A stretch of 64,000 bases of DNA from Malacoraja senta (Eukaryota), in the NCBI GenBank assembly GCA_038087875.1, contig CM075988.1:7380001-7444000 (forward strand), read 5' to 3'. The translations under genes and the position numbers were made by a program. Each line of letters opens with the position of its first letter. Position 1 is the first letter of the stretch. Below, in pieces: positions 13,260-25,382 of this stretch. The notes under the pieces are model-generated. The model saw only the letters and a list, made by a program, of their open reading frames with translations. It ran no database searches and was not told the origin of the DNA.

Positions 13260-13778
13260 GTTTAATGGACAAATGTTTTTTACTCCGAGGTTGGTGCGTG
13301 CTTGGAACGCGCTGCAGAGATGGTGATGGAGGCAGGTACGATAGCGGCGTTAAAGAGGCTTTTAGTTAGGCACATGGACATGGAGGGGTTTGGATCTCAT
13401 ACAGGCAGATGAGATTGGTTTATCTTGGCATCATGTTCAGCACAGACATGGTGGAGCGAATGGCCTGTTCTTTTAGACTAGACGTTAGAGATACTGAGCG
13501 GAAACAGGCCCTTCGGCACACCGAGTCTGCGCCAACCAGAGATTACTCCGTACACTAATCTACGCATACCTGGGACAATTTTACAATTTAGCGAAGCCAA
13601 TTAACCTACAAACCTGCACGCTCTTGGAGTGTGGGGAGAAACTGGAGCACCCGGAGAAAACCCATGAGGTCACAGGGAGAATGTACAAACTTCGTACTGA
13701 CAGCCCCCGTAGTCAGGATCGAACCTGGATCTGTGACGCTGTAAGGAAGAAACTCTACCATTGGGTCACTGTGCCTCC
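13260..13778. mobile_element. CR1 3' fragment (plus, about 13260-13470) followed by HE1-type SINE (minus, about 13476-13778)
   Basis: gcttggaacgcgctg...tggcctgttc, then SINE core aaactggagcacccggagaaaaccca. Confidence 0.8.
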
Positions 13779-14105
13779 CTGTTCCTGTACTATGTTTTTC
13801 TATGTTCTGTTCTCAACCCTGGCAGCTTTGGAAGCCTCCATCAACACTGCTAAATCCCACCCCCTTACAGAAACTGCTCCTAATACATCACAGTTGTCCT
13901 CCTCTTGTTCTTGGAAAATGAAATGCCAGTTGAGAGCAGAATCGTTGAGAAGTGCTGGCAGCCCGATGTCGTATTTTTAGTTACTGCTATCATTAACAAG
14001 GTCTGTAGTAACAATATCTGTGAGAGTGTATGCGGAGACATGGCAGTGTGTTTGCAGTGGGCCTTTCTCGGTATGTAGATCATTTTGAACCTTGAGCTCC
14101 ACATG

Positions 14106-14396
14106 ATGGCGGCACAGCAGTAGAGTCGCTGCCTTACAGCACCAGAGACCCCGGTTTGATCCTGTCATTGGGGCGCTGTCTGTTTGGTGTTTGTACATTC
14201 TCCCCGCGACCGCATGGGTTTTCCCCGAGTGCTCCGGTTTCCTCCCACACTCCAAAGACATTGTAGGTCAATTTGGCTTTGGTAAAAGTTGTAAATTGTC
14301 CCTGGTGTGTTGGGATCCCAGTGTACAGGGCTCGCTGGTCGGCATGGACTCAGCGAGCCAAAGGGCCTGTTTCCGCGCTATATCTCTAAACTAAAC
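14106..14396 (+). mobile_element. HE1/V-SINE-type SINE
   Basis: ggtttgatcctg B-box, gtgctccggtttcctcccacactccaaagac core, tail tatctctaaactaaa. Confidence 0.85.
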
Positions 14397-14689
14397 CTTG
14401 AGGGGAGAGCTGGAAATCAAACTCCTATGTTTCATACCTTATTGGAGATACAATTTCTTTCTAAAAACATTGTTGCTCTAAGTGAAATGTTAAGTTGCAA
14501 TAATTATAATGCAGTCTAAAGTGAATGGGTGACCCTTTGCCATTTTGTTGCAAGAAAATCAATCTCTTTTTATAAGTGCCTCTCATAAGAAAGATAGGAC
14601 AGCATAGTTTGTGAATGGGGGAAAAAGGAGAGGGTATTCACTTGGTCTATTTGGACAACTATCATTGAAATACCAGATGCTGGATGGCA

Positions 14690-15250
14690 GAACATGGTGG
14701 AAGAGCAGGAGAGATGCAGAGATCAGAGGGGGAGCAATGAGAGGATCTCACAGAAATCCCACCTGGGATGTCTGGCACTTGCAGATCCTTGTGACCCCAT
14801 TGGAATAAGGAGTCAGGTTTATAAACTAGTCAAGAAGGCAAATGGATTGCTGGACTTTGTATTGGGAGAGTTGGATTACAGCTTTATAAAGCTCTAAAGA
14901 AGCTTATAAATCAGAGCAGAATTAGGCCATTCGGCTCATCGTTTACTCCACCATTCAATCATAGCTGACTTATCTTTCCTTCTCAACCCCACTCTCCTGC
15001 TTTCTGCTCCTAACCTCTGACGCCTTAACTAATCAAAAACCTATCAATCACTTTAAAAATACGCATTGACTGGGCTTCCACTGCCATCTGTGGCAATGAA
15101 TTCCACAGGTTCACTGCTCTCTGGCAAAAGAAAATTCACCGCATCACCATTCCTAAGGTACGCCCTTTTATTCTGAGGCTGTGCCCTCTGGTCTTAGACT
15201 CTCCCACGAGGGGGATCATCCTCTCCACCTCCACTCTGTGCCTTTCACAC
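14690..15250. mobile_element. Degraded CR1 fragments (plus about 14690-14900; minus about 14915-15250)
   Basis: VKKANGLL (CR1 RT) on plus; GESKTRGHSLRIKG on minus (ORF 15136-15354). Confidence 0.7.
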
Positions 15251-15856
15251 CTGGTACGATAGAGGAGCAATGAAAGGCTCAAGTAGCACTTGTTAAATTG
15301 TGCCTCACCTTTCCAATTGAACAGTCTGCCAACTCCCCCCCAAAAATGACTCACTCAGACATAAATAACTTTATTTAGTAGCAGTAATTTCTTTCACTTC
15401 TAATAATCCTGTGGTATAAAAATAGCTGTTAATTCCCTTCTGTAGCCTCATGTCAAGTAATGAAGAAAATCCCGCTTACCTCTTTGAGGCAAATGGCAGT
15501 AATAATATTTGGAGCATTTGATTTTCCTGAAGCAATTTTAATCCTTATTAACAAATGCGTATTAATCAGGAAAGAGGAACACATTTCAAACCAACATCTG
15601 CAGTTCTTTCCAACACATTTCTAACATCATTAATCCTGGTCTGAAGTTTAGTTTGCAGGGAAACAAAATATAATCATCTGTGAATTCTCTTAATTCATGC
15701 CCGATGGATATTTTTGCAAAATTGGATATCTAGGTGGGAGCCAATTGCAATGAGCACAATAAATAAATGAGTTTATTCTGGAGTTTACCTTTTGAAAGCT
15801 ACTCTGAATCTTCTTGGCAACTTCCCTATCGGGCAACTGAACCATCCTAGCAAATA

Positions 15857-16770
15857 CAGTGGCTTGCAAAAGTATTCATACCCCTTGAACTTTTCCACAT
15901 TTTGTCACGTTACAACCACAAACGTAAATGTATTTTATTGGGATTTTATGTGAATAAAATCCAGTGCAACCAATTGCCTTCAGAAGTCACCTAATTAGTA
16001 AATAGAGTCCACTTGTGTGTAATCTAATCTCAGTATGAATACAGCTGTTCTGTGAAGGCTTGTTAGAGAACATTAGTGAACAAACAGCATCATGAAGCCC
16101 AAGGAACACACCAGACAGGTCAGGCATAAAGTTGTGGAGAAGTTTAAAGCAGGGTTAGGTTATAAAAAAAATCCCAAGCTTTGAACATCTCACGGAGCAC
16201 TGTTCAATCCATCATCCGAAAATGGAAAGAGTATGGCACAACTGCAAACCTACCAAGACATGGCCGTCCACCTAAACTGACAGGCCGGGCAAGGAGAGCA
16301 TTGATCAGAGAAGCAGCCAAGAGGCCCATGGTAACTCTGGAGGAGCTGCAGAGATCCACAGCTCAGGTGGGAGAATCTGTCCACAGGACAACTATTAGTC
16401 GTGCACTCCACAAATCGGGCCTTGAGCTTGAGCTATTTTGCAAAGAAGAATGGGCAAAAATGTCAGTCTCTAGATGTGCAAAGCTGGTAGAGACATACCC
16501 CAAAAGACTTGCAGCTGTAATTGCAGCGAAAGGTGGTTCTACAAAGTATTGACTCAGGGGGGCTGAATACTTTTGCACGCGATACTTTTCAGTTTTTTAT
16601 TTGTAAAAAAATTTGAAAACCATATATCATTTTCCTTCCACTTCACAATTATGCACCACTTTGTGTTGGTCTATCACATAAAATCCCAATAAAATACATT
16701 TATGTTTGTGGTTGAAATGTGACAAAATGTGGAAAGGTTCAAGGGGTATGAAAACTTTTGCAAGCCACTG
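15857..16770 (+). mobile_element. Internally deleted Tc1-family DNA transposon (Passport/PPTN-like), 914 bp
   Basis: TA TSD at 15855-15856 and 16771-16772; TIRs CAGTGGCTTGCAAAAGT.TTCATACCCCTTGAAC; transposase remnant inside. Confidence 0.95.
16092..16552 (+). pseudogene. Tc1 transposase remnant: paired-like DNA-binding domain joined in frame to the C-terminal tail; DDE domain deleted
   Basis: MKPKEHTRQVRHKVVEKFKAGLGYKK, a 1-nt frameshift in the A-run at 16164-16171, then LNISRSTVQSIIRKWKEYGTTANLPRHGRPPKL...LHKSGL|ELELFCKEEW...KGGSTKY. Confidence 0.92.
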
Positions 16771-16772
16771 TA

Positions 16773-16975
16773 ACTACCTAATTTTGGACCCTCGGACTAT
16801 CTTTATTTGGACTTTATCTAGCACTAAATGTTATTTCCTTTATCATGTATCTGTACACTATGGATGGCTCGATTGTAATTATATACTGTCTTTCTGCTGA
16901 CTGGTTAGCAGGCAACAAAAGCTTTTCACTGTACCTGTAAATATGACAATAAAATAAACAAAACTAAACTAAACT
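16773..16975 (+). mobile_element. Rex1-type 3'UTR fragment (host of the Tc1 insertion; left part about 15800-15854)
   Basis: caacaaaagcttttcactgtacct...atgacaataaa plus a (actaa)n tail; left part contains atcgggcaactgaac. Confidence 0.65.
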
Positions 16976-17237
16976 GAATCCATCTCTACGGTTTGTGCTT
17001 ATTAAGGGTTTCAATTAACCTTTGCCATCTCCAAAGCAAATCTTGAGCTCGAGTTGCAAGACTTAAGCCCTACTCCTGACTTCAGGTTTAAGTTCCCGCA
17101 TCTGTGCCTTCATTAGCAGAGCATGTCTTCAGTGATACACGACAGCACATTCTGCCCTCTCTCCCCCACCCAGTGCCTCCAGTTTTAACCAAACGCTGCC
17201 AGGCAAGTAAAAACTGAGGTAAAAGTGACAATGTCGA

Positions 17238-17577
17238 GATCTTCAGTATGGACAGGGGGCTGATCTTCAGTATGGACAGGGGGCTGATCTTCAGTATGGA
17301 CAGGGGGCTGATCTTCAGTATGGACAGGGGGCTGATCTTCAGTATGGACAGGGGGCTGATCTTCAGTATGGACAGGGGGCTGATCTTCAGTATGGACAGG
17401 GGGCTGATCTTCAGTATGGACAGGGGGCTGATCTTCAGTATGGACAGGGGGCTGATCTTCAGTATGGACAGGGGGCTGATCTTCAGTATGGACAGGGGGC
17501 TGATCTTCAGTATGGACAGGGGGCTGATCTTCAGTATGGACAGGGGGCTGATCTTCAGTATGGACAGGGGGCTGATC
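17238..17577. repeat. Perfect minisatellite: 14 x 24 bp (GATCTTCAGTATGGACAGGGGGCT) plus GATC
   Basis: Direct reading: 336 bp of identical units with no spacers. Confidence 0.97.
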
Positions 17578-17749
17578 GAATTCAGTTTGAAAGAAAAGAA
17601 TAGCACAAAACTGGAAGGTTCCAAGCAGATATAATGCTGCATTGTACAAACCTTGGGCTTGAAAGTCTAGTTAAGCTTCAACATTGCTTTAGTCTGAAAC
17701 AATTTGAATCTTTGGCAGTACATTTATTGATTGATTGAAAGATTGACTG

Positions 17750-17940
17750 AAAAATACAGCATGGAAACATGGAAACATTCACCCCACCGAGACCACACCG
17801 ATCATTGATCACCCATTCACACCAGTTGTATGTTATCCCAGTTTCTCAACCACTCCTTACACACTAGGGGCAATTTACAGAGGCCCTAAACCTAGAACCC
17901 CCCACGTCTTTGGGATGGGGCACCTGGATGAAAACCCAGT
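17750..17940 (-). mobile_element. Partial HE1-type SINE
   Basis: aatacagcatggaaac...acactaggggcaatttacaga. Confidence 0.65.
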
Positions 17941-18115
17941 GAGAAGAGCCAAATGCCATTGGTAAAGATTGGGTGAGCAATAATTTCCACATGTTCCTCT
18001 ACTGTATGATTTAAAGTCAAATTTATCCCTGGTTTTCCGATCAAGAAAGCTGATTTCAGCAAGGTTTGGATGGATAGCGGCATCATTGGGACTATGACTT
18101 TACGTATGCAAGTAT

Positions 18116-18290
18116 CCTGGAGTAAAGTAACTTGGCAGGTCAGGCAGCATCTCTGGAGAACGTGGATAGGTGTTGTTTTGGGTCTGAAGAAGAGTCCCAA
18201 CTGAAAGCATCATCTATCTGTGTTTTCTGGAGATTCTGGAGATACTACAGCACTTTTTTTTGTAAACCAGCAACTATAGTTCCTACTGTC
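18116..18290. mobile_element. Degraded palindromic Penelope-derived unit
   Basis: caggtcaggcagcatctctggaga...gtctgaagaagagtccc...ctgaaa...aaaccagca. Confidence 0.6.
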
Positions 18291-19070
18291 CCCATTTTTT
18301 TTGTTTAGTCAGTGGTACAATGTAGGAATGCAGCAATCAATGTGTGTAAAGCAAGCTATCGACACAAGTTAGTAGCACAATCCAGGTTGATGTTATAATC
18401 TGTTTGGAAATGTTTCTGAAACATTTTGCCTTGCATTGGTTTCTCAGGCCAAGGTTGTTCAGTTGCTCTCGGGTTACTAATGGACTCAGAATTTATTTAT
18501 ATCATGTGCAAAAATGTAATTGCAGATTGTAAAGTCATATTTGACATTGGTTTATTGTGGGTCATATTTGATCACTTAATCTGCTGTGTCTATTGATTGG
18601 AAGCAACTCAGTCAATGAGAAGTCTTTCAGTATTTGCCTGCTTCATTTGTGCTATTTATTATAATTTGATTCTGCGATGATGTACAAGTGTATATGACAT
18701 CTCCTTGCTCCTTCAGTTTACTGTGTTACAGCTCCTCGTGGTAAATCCTAAACTCATCTATATTTCCAGCATGTATTTGGGGGTATATTTGTGTAGGTGC
18801 TCTAATTGAAATGTTTGTGACATTTTTAATAAGCTATTATCTCTGGGGAAGAGGTAAATGGTTTATTCCAAACAGGAACTAGCCTTCTCAGAGTTAAAAT
18901 TTGCAGTTGACCTGGTCTCAACAACATTATTGGTTTGAGTGTTCCCGATCTTCATTAACCTGTACAGTTCTTCTGACCTCTCTCTCTCTCACTCTCTCAC
19001 TCTCTCTCCCTCCTCCCCTCCCCATAGTGGCTTAACTCCCATGGAAGAAAATCTTTATCCTTTCTACAAT

Positions 19071-19219
19071 GGGCGCCACAGTGGCGCAGCGGTAGAGTTG
19101 CTGCCTCACGGCGTCTGAGACCCAGGTTTCTTCCTGACCTTGGGTACTGTCTGTACGGCGTTTGTACGTTCTTCCTGTGAACACGTGGGTTTTCTCCAGG
19201 TGCTCAGGTTTCTTCCCAC
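19071..19219 (+). mobile_element. HE1-type SINE 5' part
   Basis: gggcgccacagtggcgcagcggtagagttgctgcctcac tRNA-like head plus core. Confidence 0.8.
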
Positions 19220-19242
19220 AATGGTCCCACAATTGTCCATTG

Positions 19243-19490
19243 TTGGCTGTGGAAGAGGTGACAATGAAGGGATATATGGATGCAAACAGTGGAACTGGCA
19301 GGAAGCTAGGGTGGGGGAGGGGTGGAGAGAGAGGGAATGCAGGGGTTACTTGAAATTGGAGAAATCAACAGTCATATCATTGGGTTGTAAACTGCCCAGG
19401 TAAAATTTGAGGTGCTGTTCCTCCAATTTGCGTGTGGCCTCACTCTGACGGTGGAGGAGGCCCAGGACAGAAAGGTCAGTTTGACAACTG
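19243..19490 (-). mobile_element. Penelope GIY-YIG C-terminal fragment
   Basis: Minus translation DLSVLGLLHRQSEATRKLEEQHLKFYLGSLQPNDMTVDFSNFK parallels 30660-30801. Confidence 0.85.
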
Positions 19491-20289
19491 GGAGATCGTG
19501 TCCCTGAGCAGGTTACTTGCTTGTATTGAATTATAACCATGCAGGTGTGAATTGTGGCCAAGGCTTTGATTGTCAATTCTTGGCTCAGAGACTGTTGTTG
19601 ATTTTTGCCAAGCAAGTTTCACAAGAGGAAACACAAAGTGCTGGAGTAACTCAGTGGGTCGGGCAGTATTTCTGGAGAACATGGATAGGTGAAGTTCCTG
19701 GTCGGGGCTTGTGAGGCATCAAATCTCGTTGGCAATTGCTTTACAATGCTATTGGGAGTGCCCTACAGAGATTTCCTTTCAACTTTTAAAATGTTACTTC
19801 TAACCGCACACTCGTGTGTCTTTTATCAACTGGGATTTCCCCTTCTGCCCTTTATCAGGTCATTAATCGCACAGTTTGTGGCAGATTGATGCATTACCAA
19901 GAGTGGAGTTTATCATACTATTCTGACATTGCTTTAAAGCAAGTGTCACAGACTTGCACCATCTGCCTTTTCAATGTTTGATCTCCAGTTCTATATGTCG
20001 TACTATTTATATGACAATTTGCTGCACTGGTTAGCGTTCTGGGGTTTATTTTTCATTCACTTAAGAGCATTTTCTTTTCCTCTTCCTCGCTATACTTTTA
20101 TTCCATTATTTGTGGTTCTCTGAGTGCTGACATTCTCACAGGCATCTCCCTGCCTCTCTTCATACACTTGTCTTAATCCAGAAACAGATTGAATGACCAC
20201 TTTTTCTTTTGCGTGTGACTTGCTGTTGTATAATCTGCATGGTTGCCATCTCGATACGATGTTTTAGGGGCTTGGATGAAGGCACCTAA

Positions 20290-20730
20290 GAATACAAGAA
20301 CGTAAGAAGTAGGAGCAGGAATAGCCCCTGTAGGCATTCAAGTCCGCTGTGCCGCTCATTATGATCATGGCTGATCATCTAATGAGATGACGGTTCGCGG
20401 GCTGAACCAGTCGTGGGCGACGGAGGGGATTGGGAGCAACTCCAGTAGAACGAACATGCGGGAATCCGGACTTTGAACTCGATAAAATATCGCCACATAT
20501 GACCGCGCCGGCATTATTATATGCAAAATGAATTTCACTGTTTAATGTTTAATTGCATATGTGACAATAAATATCCATTGAACCAATGAACCATTTTCCT
20601 GTAAAACACCAGAATCTCTCGATTCCCTTAATTACTAGAAATCTACAAAGCTCAGCTTGAGTAGACCCAATGCCTGGGACTCCACAGCCCTCCAGAATGG
20701 AAAATTACAAAGCTTCTAACATGCTCCTTA
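20290..20730 (-). mobile_element. CR1 3' fragment interrupted by a GC-rich short insert (about 20385-20595, plus) with a Rex/RTE-type tail
   Basis: aagaacgtaagaagtaggagcagga...atcatggctgatc host; the insert ends gaatttcactgt...gtgacaataaa(ccattgaa)n. Confidence 0.55.
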
Positions 20731-21295
20731 TCCCAATTTTGAAAGAATATAAATTAAGTCAACTCTGTTTCTGATCCTTACTCCTCTATAGTGCAGAAAT
20801 CTGTCAATGTATGTTGGCCACAGTTCTGTGAGTTTTATAAGCGTTTGTACTGGGGGTTTTGGGGTTTTGGGGTTTTGGGGTTTCTTACCAACAATGCAAG
20901 TTTGCCAGACCCAATCGAACTTGAACCCATTCAGAAATAAAATCCTAATGCCTGCCCCAGCTGTGTTTTACACACTCTCATTTCAAGTCAAGTAGAGTTT
21001 CTTTTTGTAACATTTACAAGTGTGGTGAAGTACAATGAAAATCTTGCTCGTGCCAGGATTGCGGGCACATGGATTCCGACGATACACATAAACATACATC
21101 ATATATAAATTATTCATTGAATTACATGGGACCTGTTCTGTTGAGTTATAAATTTTATAAGGCAGTGGAAAGAAAAAAATAAGACTGTGCTGAAAGGAAC
21201 TAGATGTCAATGGGAAACACAATTAGAAAATAAGTCCATGGCAGTTCAAGAACCTGACTTGTATTGCCTCCTTGATTAACAACACTTTGAGTTTA

Positions 21296-21520
21296 GTCTG
21301 CGGAATTCCCTGCCTCAGAGGGTGGTGGAGGCCGGTTCTCTGGATACTTTCAAGAGAGAGCTAGATAGCGCTCTTAAAGATAGCGGAGTCAGGGGATATG
21401 GGGAGAAGGCAGGAACGGGGTACTGATTGGGGATGATCAGCCATGATCACATTGAATGGCGGTGCTGGCTCGAAGGGCCGAATAATCTACTCCTGCACCT
21501 ATTGTCTATTGGCTATTGTC
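21296..21520 (+). mobile_element. CR1 3' fragment
   Basis: ggaattccctgcctcagagg...ttcaagagagagctagata...ggctcgaagggccgaa...cctattgtctattg. Confidence 0.85.
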
Positions 21521-21765
21521 TATTTACATTTATCATGTTAGTGTTGAAATCTTTAGGTGGCATTTTCCTTATCACTGCATCTTCTCCTCCAGCTTCACTC
21601 GGCTTGTACCACTTTTTCCTCCTCGTTTTGGAGCTAGTTTTCTTATGCCCATCCATTTAATAAGACTTGGTTAAATTGCGGATGCAAGTTGTTGTAGTTT
21701 GGTCGTTTGAAATTCCTGCGAACAACTGATTAACCCGACCATTGTGATGTCTTGTATTTTCACAG

Positions 21766-21829
21766 ATGCAGCAGAAAAGCATTTGAATTTGTCCTCAAGA
21801 ACCTTGTCGTTTGCAGAAGAATCACTATT
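21766..21829 (+). CDS. Candidate internal host-gene exon, 64 bp; product unidentified
   Basis: Acceptor cttgtattttcacAG and donor GTAAGT at 21830; one open phase reads (D)AAEKHLNLSSRTLSFAEESL; lies in non-repeat sequence. Confidence 0.35.
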
Positions 21830-22324
21830 GTAAGTAATTGTTATTTCAAGATGAGTTCAGAAATTTTGAAAGCTATTGACCAGATGCAGAATTGTAACGA
21901 TTATTGTTTATGCAGTAGGGTTGACGATTTTGTTTTCATTTGTACCTTGATCTTCAGTCACTCTTTAGCTGTTGGTTGCTTGGCATTGTCCATCATCGCA
22001 GTGCATTGCCATCCAATTTTCTTTCCTCCCTTCTTCAATGCTTTTATCATTAAGGAGTGATATTGTGCAATAAAAATAATAAAGCACACGTTTTAAAAGA
22101 AAATATTCTATGATTATAGTTCTAAGTTGATCATCTTTAATTCTTAGAGACTTCAGGAGAGTCGCAGAGAGTTTGCATTCTTAGATGGAGTGGAACGCAG
22201 TTGATGTTGACAATGACAAAACCCGGTTGATGGTACCTGGAAGCAAAAAAAAGACCAAAACACATATTTTGATTTGGAAGTTCTCAACTGCTGTAGTTTT
22301 TAAATCAAGTTTTTTAATCGGTAC

Positions 22325-22720
22325 CAGAGGCTGAGGGGAGGCCTAATGGAAGCAGATATAATTATGAGAGCATCGGCAGGGTAGACGGTCAGAATCTTTT
22401 TTCCCCAGGGTGAAAATGTCAAAGACTAACCGGCAGAGCTTTATGGTGAGAGGGGCAAAGTTTAAAGGAGATGTGTGGGGCTAATTTTCTTTACACAGAG
22501 AGTGGTGGGGCGCCTGGAACGCGCTGCCAGGAGTGGTGGGGTTGGCATATATAATAGTGGCGTATAAGAGGCTTTTAGTTAGACACATAGGTATGGAGGG
22601 ATATGAATGACTGCAGGCAACGAAATTTCGTTCAGACCGAAAGGTCTGAATGACAAATAAAGGAATCTCTATCTCTATCTCGAATCCATGTTTAGGCAGG
22701 TTAGATTTTTAACTTGGCGG
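22325..22720 (+). mobile_element. CR1 3' fragment with a 73-bp nested insert (22609-22681)
   Basis: gaggctgaggggaggcctaatggaag...gcctggaacgcgctgccagg; the insert is flanked by gaat repeats. Confidence 0.75.
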
Positions 22721-23369
22721 TCTTCTGCCCACTCACTGGTAAAGCAGATCTCTTGCTGTGCTGTGGGCAGCTGGTATCTCGTGGGTGGGCAGGTTCCAGA
22801 AAAACAGCGATCCAGTGAGATTCTTTGAGGGTAGCTGCAGTTGCGAAACTAATCCTAAGAAAATAAAGGGCCTCTGATTCTGGGATGTGGGCGGGCTGGT
22901 GGTACAGCTTGAGAAACCTGTTATCTCTTGATGAAACTGCGATGAATGCAAAAGAGCTTCATTGCCTGCCTGATGACTTAACCAAAAAGTGGTGTTATAT
23001 TTGTTGGGTTTACTGATCGGGATGCATGGCGCACGCAAGCCATTTATTTTGAATGGGGCAATGTAGAGTTGGTACCTTTGCCCCCTTCCCTAACGTCAAC
23101 AGGCTTGTTCATGACACTCCTCGTTCACACTAAGTTGAGATGGACAGGATTGCAATAAAGACTGATGCATACACTGAAGCTGAAAAGAGGGTCTTATTGA
23201 CGAAAATGTTGGGTTCACTCTTTGCCTATTATTACCACTGAGCAATTCTGTTTTTGTTTTTTGGATTATATTTTGCATTAAACCATGTTTATGGTAGTAA
23301 ATCTAAAAGCAGTGTACACAGAATGATATGTTTGATATACACTCTCGTTTTAAAGGCCTTGACCATGGA

Positions 23370-24160
23370 TCAGGGAATAGTGCAAACAGAAACAAGCTCT
23401 ATGATGCACAAAATCTGTGCCAGCCACGATGCAATTAAACTAATCCTAGAGATACAAAGACTGTCCTGTTGCAGGGTTTTGACCCAAAATGTCAACCACG
23501 CCCTTCTCCCAACAAAAATTGCTCAACTTCCGCCAGCAAATAGTTTGTTGCTTAAACGTTGTCCATATCCTTCCATTTGCCTGCATGTGGTCCGTATCCT
23601 TCCATCCCCTGCCTGTTTGTACACCTGCTTAAATGGTCGTTAAATGTTGCTAACTTATCCGTCCCCAACATCTCCCCAGGCCACATATGCTACCCTGTTC
23701 ATGTAAACAAAAAGGCCTTGCCACTCTTCTTTCAACTGTCCCCTCTCACCTTAAATCTATGCCCTATGGCAATGGATGTTTCCACCTTTGGGAAAACGAT
23801 TCTGACATTTACCCCGTCCATAGCTCTCATAGTTTTATGTCATTCTATCAGGTCTTCGTTCAGCCTCTGGGGTTCCAGAAAAAAATGATCCAGGTTTGTC
23901 TCTCCTCATAGCTAATACTCATCGAGAAAACCACCTGGTGAACCTCTTTTGTGTCGTCTCCAATTGCCACATCCTTCCTGTAATATGGTGACCAGCACCG
24001 CACACAATACTCCAAATGTGGTCGAACTGAGGTCTTATACAGAGACAACATTCCTTTTAAACTCAATGCCCTGACCGATGAAGGCAGGCATACCATATGC
24101 CTTCTTTATTATCCTAACTACTTGTGTAGAGCAATGGACTTGGACCCAAAGATCCCTCTG
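23370..24160 (-). mobile_element. Degraded CR1 RT/3' fragment
   Basis: LYKTSVRPHLEYCVRCWSPYYRKDV (ORF 23860-24096). Confidence 0.85.
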
Positions 24161-24822
24161 TTTGTTGCTGTCGTTCATTACCTTGATGAGACTTCAAATT
24201 CCTGAATCTGTTCGCAATGTAACTGGATGCTGATCAGTTCCCAAGCCATAACCAACTATTTATCCCTGATATATTTCTAATAATAAAGGGAATTCAGATG
24301 TCAGGTGTTGCCTGCGAAGTTGAATCAAACATTTTAAAGGTGTATTTTTAAGCCTGTGTTCATCAGCGGGCACAGTCATGCCATCTCCCGCATCCGGCAA
24401 TGCAACCAGTATGTTCTTCTTCTTCTTTCGTGACCATCTTCCATGTTTCAAATGTTGACCTCGCTGTCATCCTCCGTCCTGAATAGGACTTAAGCTTCCG
24501 GCGACAATCAGTGGGAGCCATCACTTGTTGCAATTGATGATGGTGGTAGCAGAATGAGCTCAGGATACTTCCAGTTTCCAGCTGCTTCTTCTATAGGGCC
24601 ACCAGACTGGAGGGAGGGAGTCTTCAGCACTGACTATCAGGTGCACTGACCGGCATTCTCTCAGATAGGAAGATGGAGAGCAGCAAGTCAGAAGTTTGTT
24701 GACTGTAAAGAACCTCAGAATCACATGAAGCTGTAAAGGAAATTACACAACTGCAACTTTTTTTGTTTCTGTCTAGTTTCGCGTGCATTAATTTCCCTGC
24801 CTCAACCAGTCATCATGCATTA

Positions 24823-25382
24823 AGGGAGTGTCCCACTTGGTCGACCTAATTGGCGAGTTTAGAAGAGTTTAGGAGAGTTTGAAAAAATGACATGTTGAAG
24901 ACCTCCTTCGACTGTAGAAGACCTCCTTCGACCTCCTTCGACTATGTTGAAGACTAGCTTCGACTAGCTACAAGAAACTTCGGGAAAATTGGACACCGAA
25001 TAGTGGAGAGTGAAGACGACCTCCTTCGATCTTCTTCGACCTCCCTTCGACTATGGTGAAGACTATCTACGACTACCTTCGATTACCTTCGACTACTCTC
25101 GATTACCTAGGAATAACATGACTACCTACTATGACCTACTACGACTAAACCTACGAGTAAAAAAAGTATCGATTTTTTCCATGGCGACCTTTTTTTACTC
25201 GCGGGCATTTTTCAACATGTTGAAAAATACGCCGCGACCTAGCTGAGGCCTCGAGTACACGGGGACTACTCTCGAGCATGAAGGAGAGTTACAAAGACCT
25301 GCTATGACCTCGTGTCGACCATACTGCGAGTATGAGTCAAGGGCGAACTCGCGGATTAGGTCGCCCAAGTGGGATAGCCCCG
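24823..25382. mobile_element. Non-autonomous PIF/Harbinger-type MITE 1 (560 bp)
   Basis: TTA TSD at 24820-24822 and 25383-25385; 28-bp imperfect TIRs (..GGG..T.TCCCACTTGG.CGACCTAAT); internal gaagacctccttcgac repeats. Confidence 0.85.

Noticed and set aside
17238..17577. CRISPR array, or repeat-protein ORFs (17088-17642, 17185-17649, 17248-17634)
   Set aside because: Units are contiguous with no unique spacers, there are no cas genes and the context is eukaryotic. The ORFs arise because the 24-bp unit lacks stops in several frames.
19071..19145. tRNA genes at SINE heads (also 26446, 28397, 52705, 63763)
   Set aside because: A/B-box-like heads run directly into the SINE core with no proper acceptor stem or terminator.
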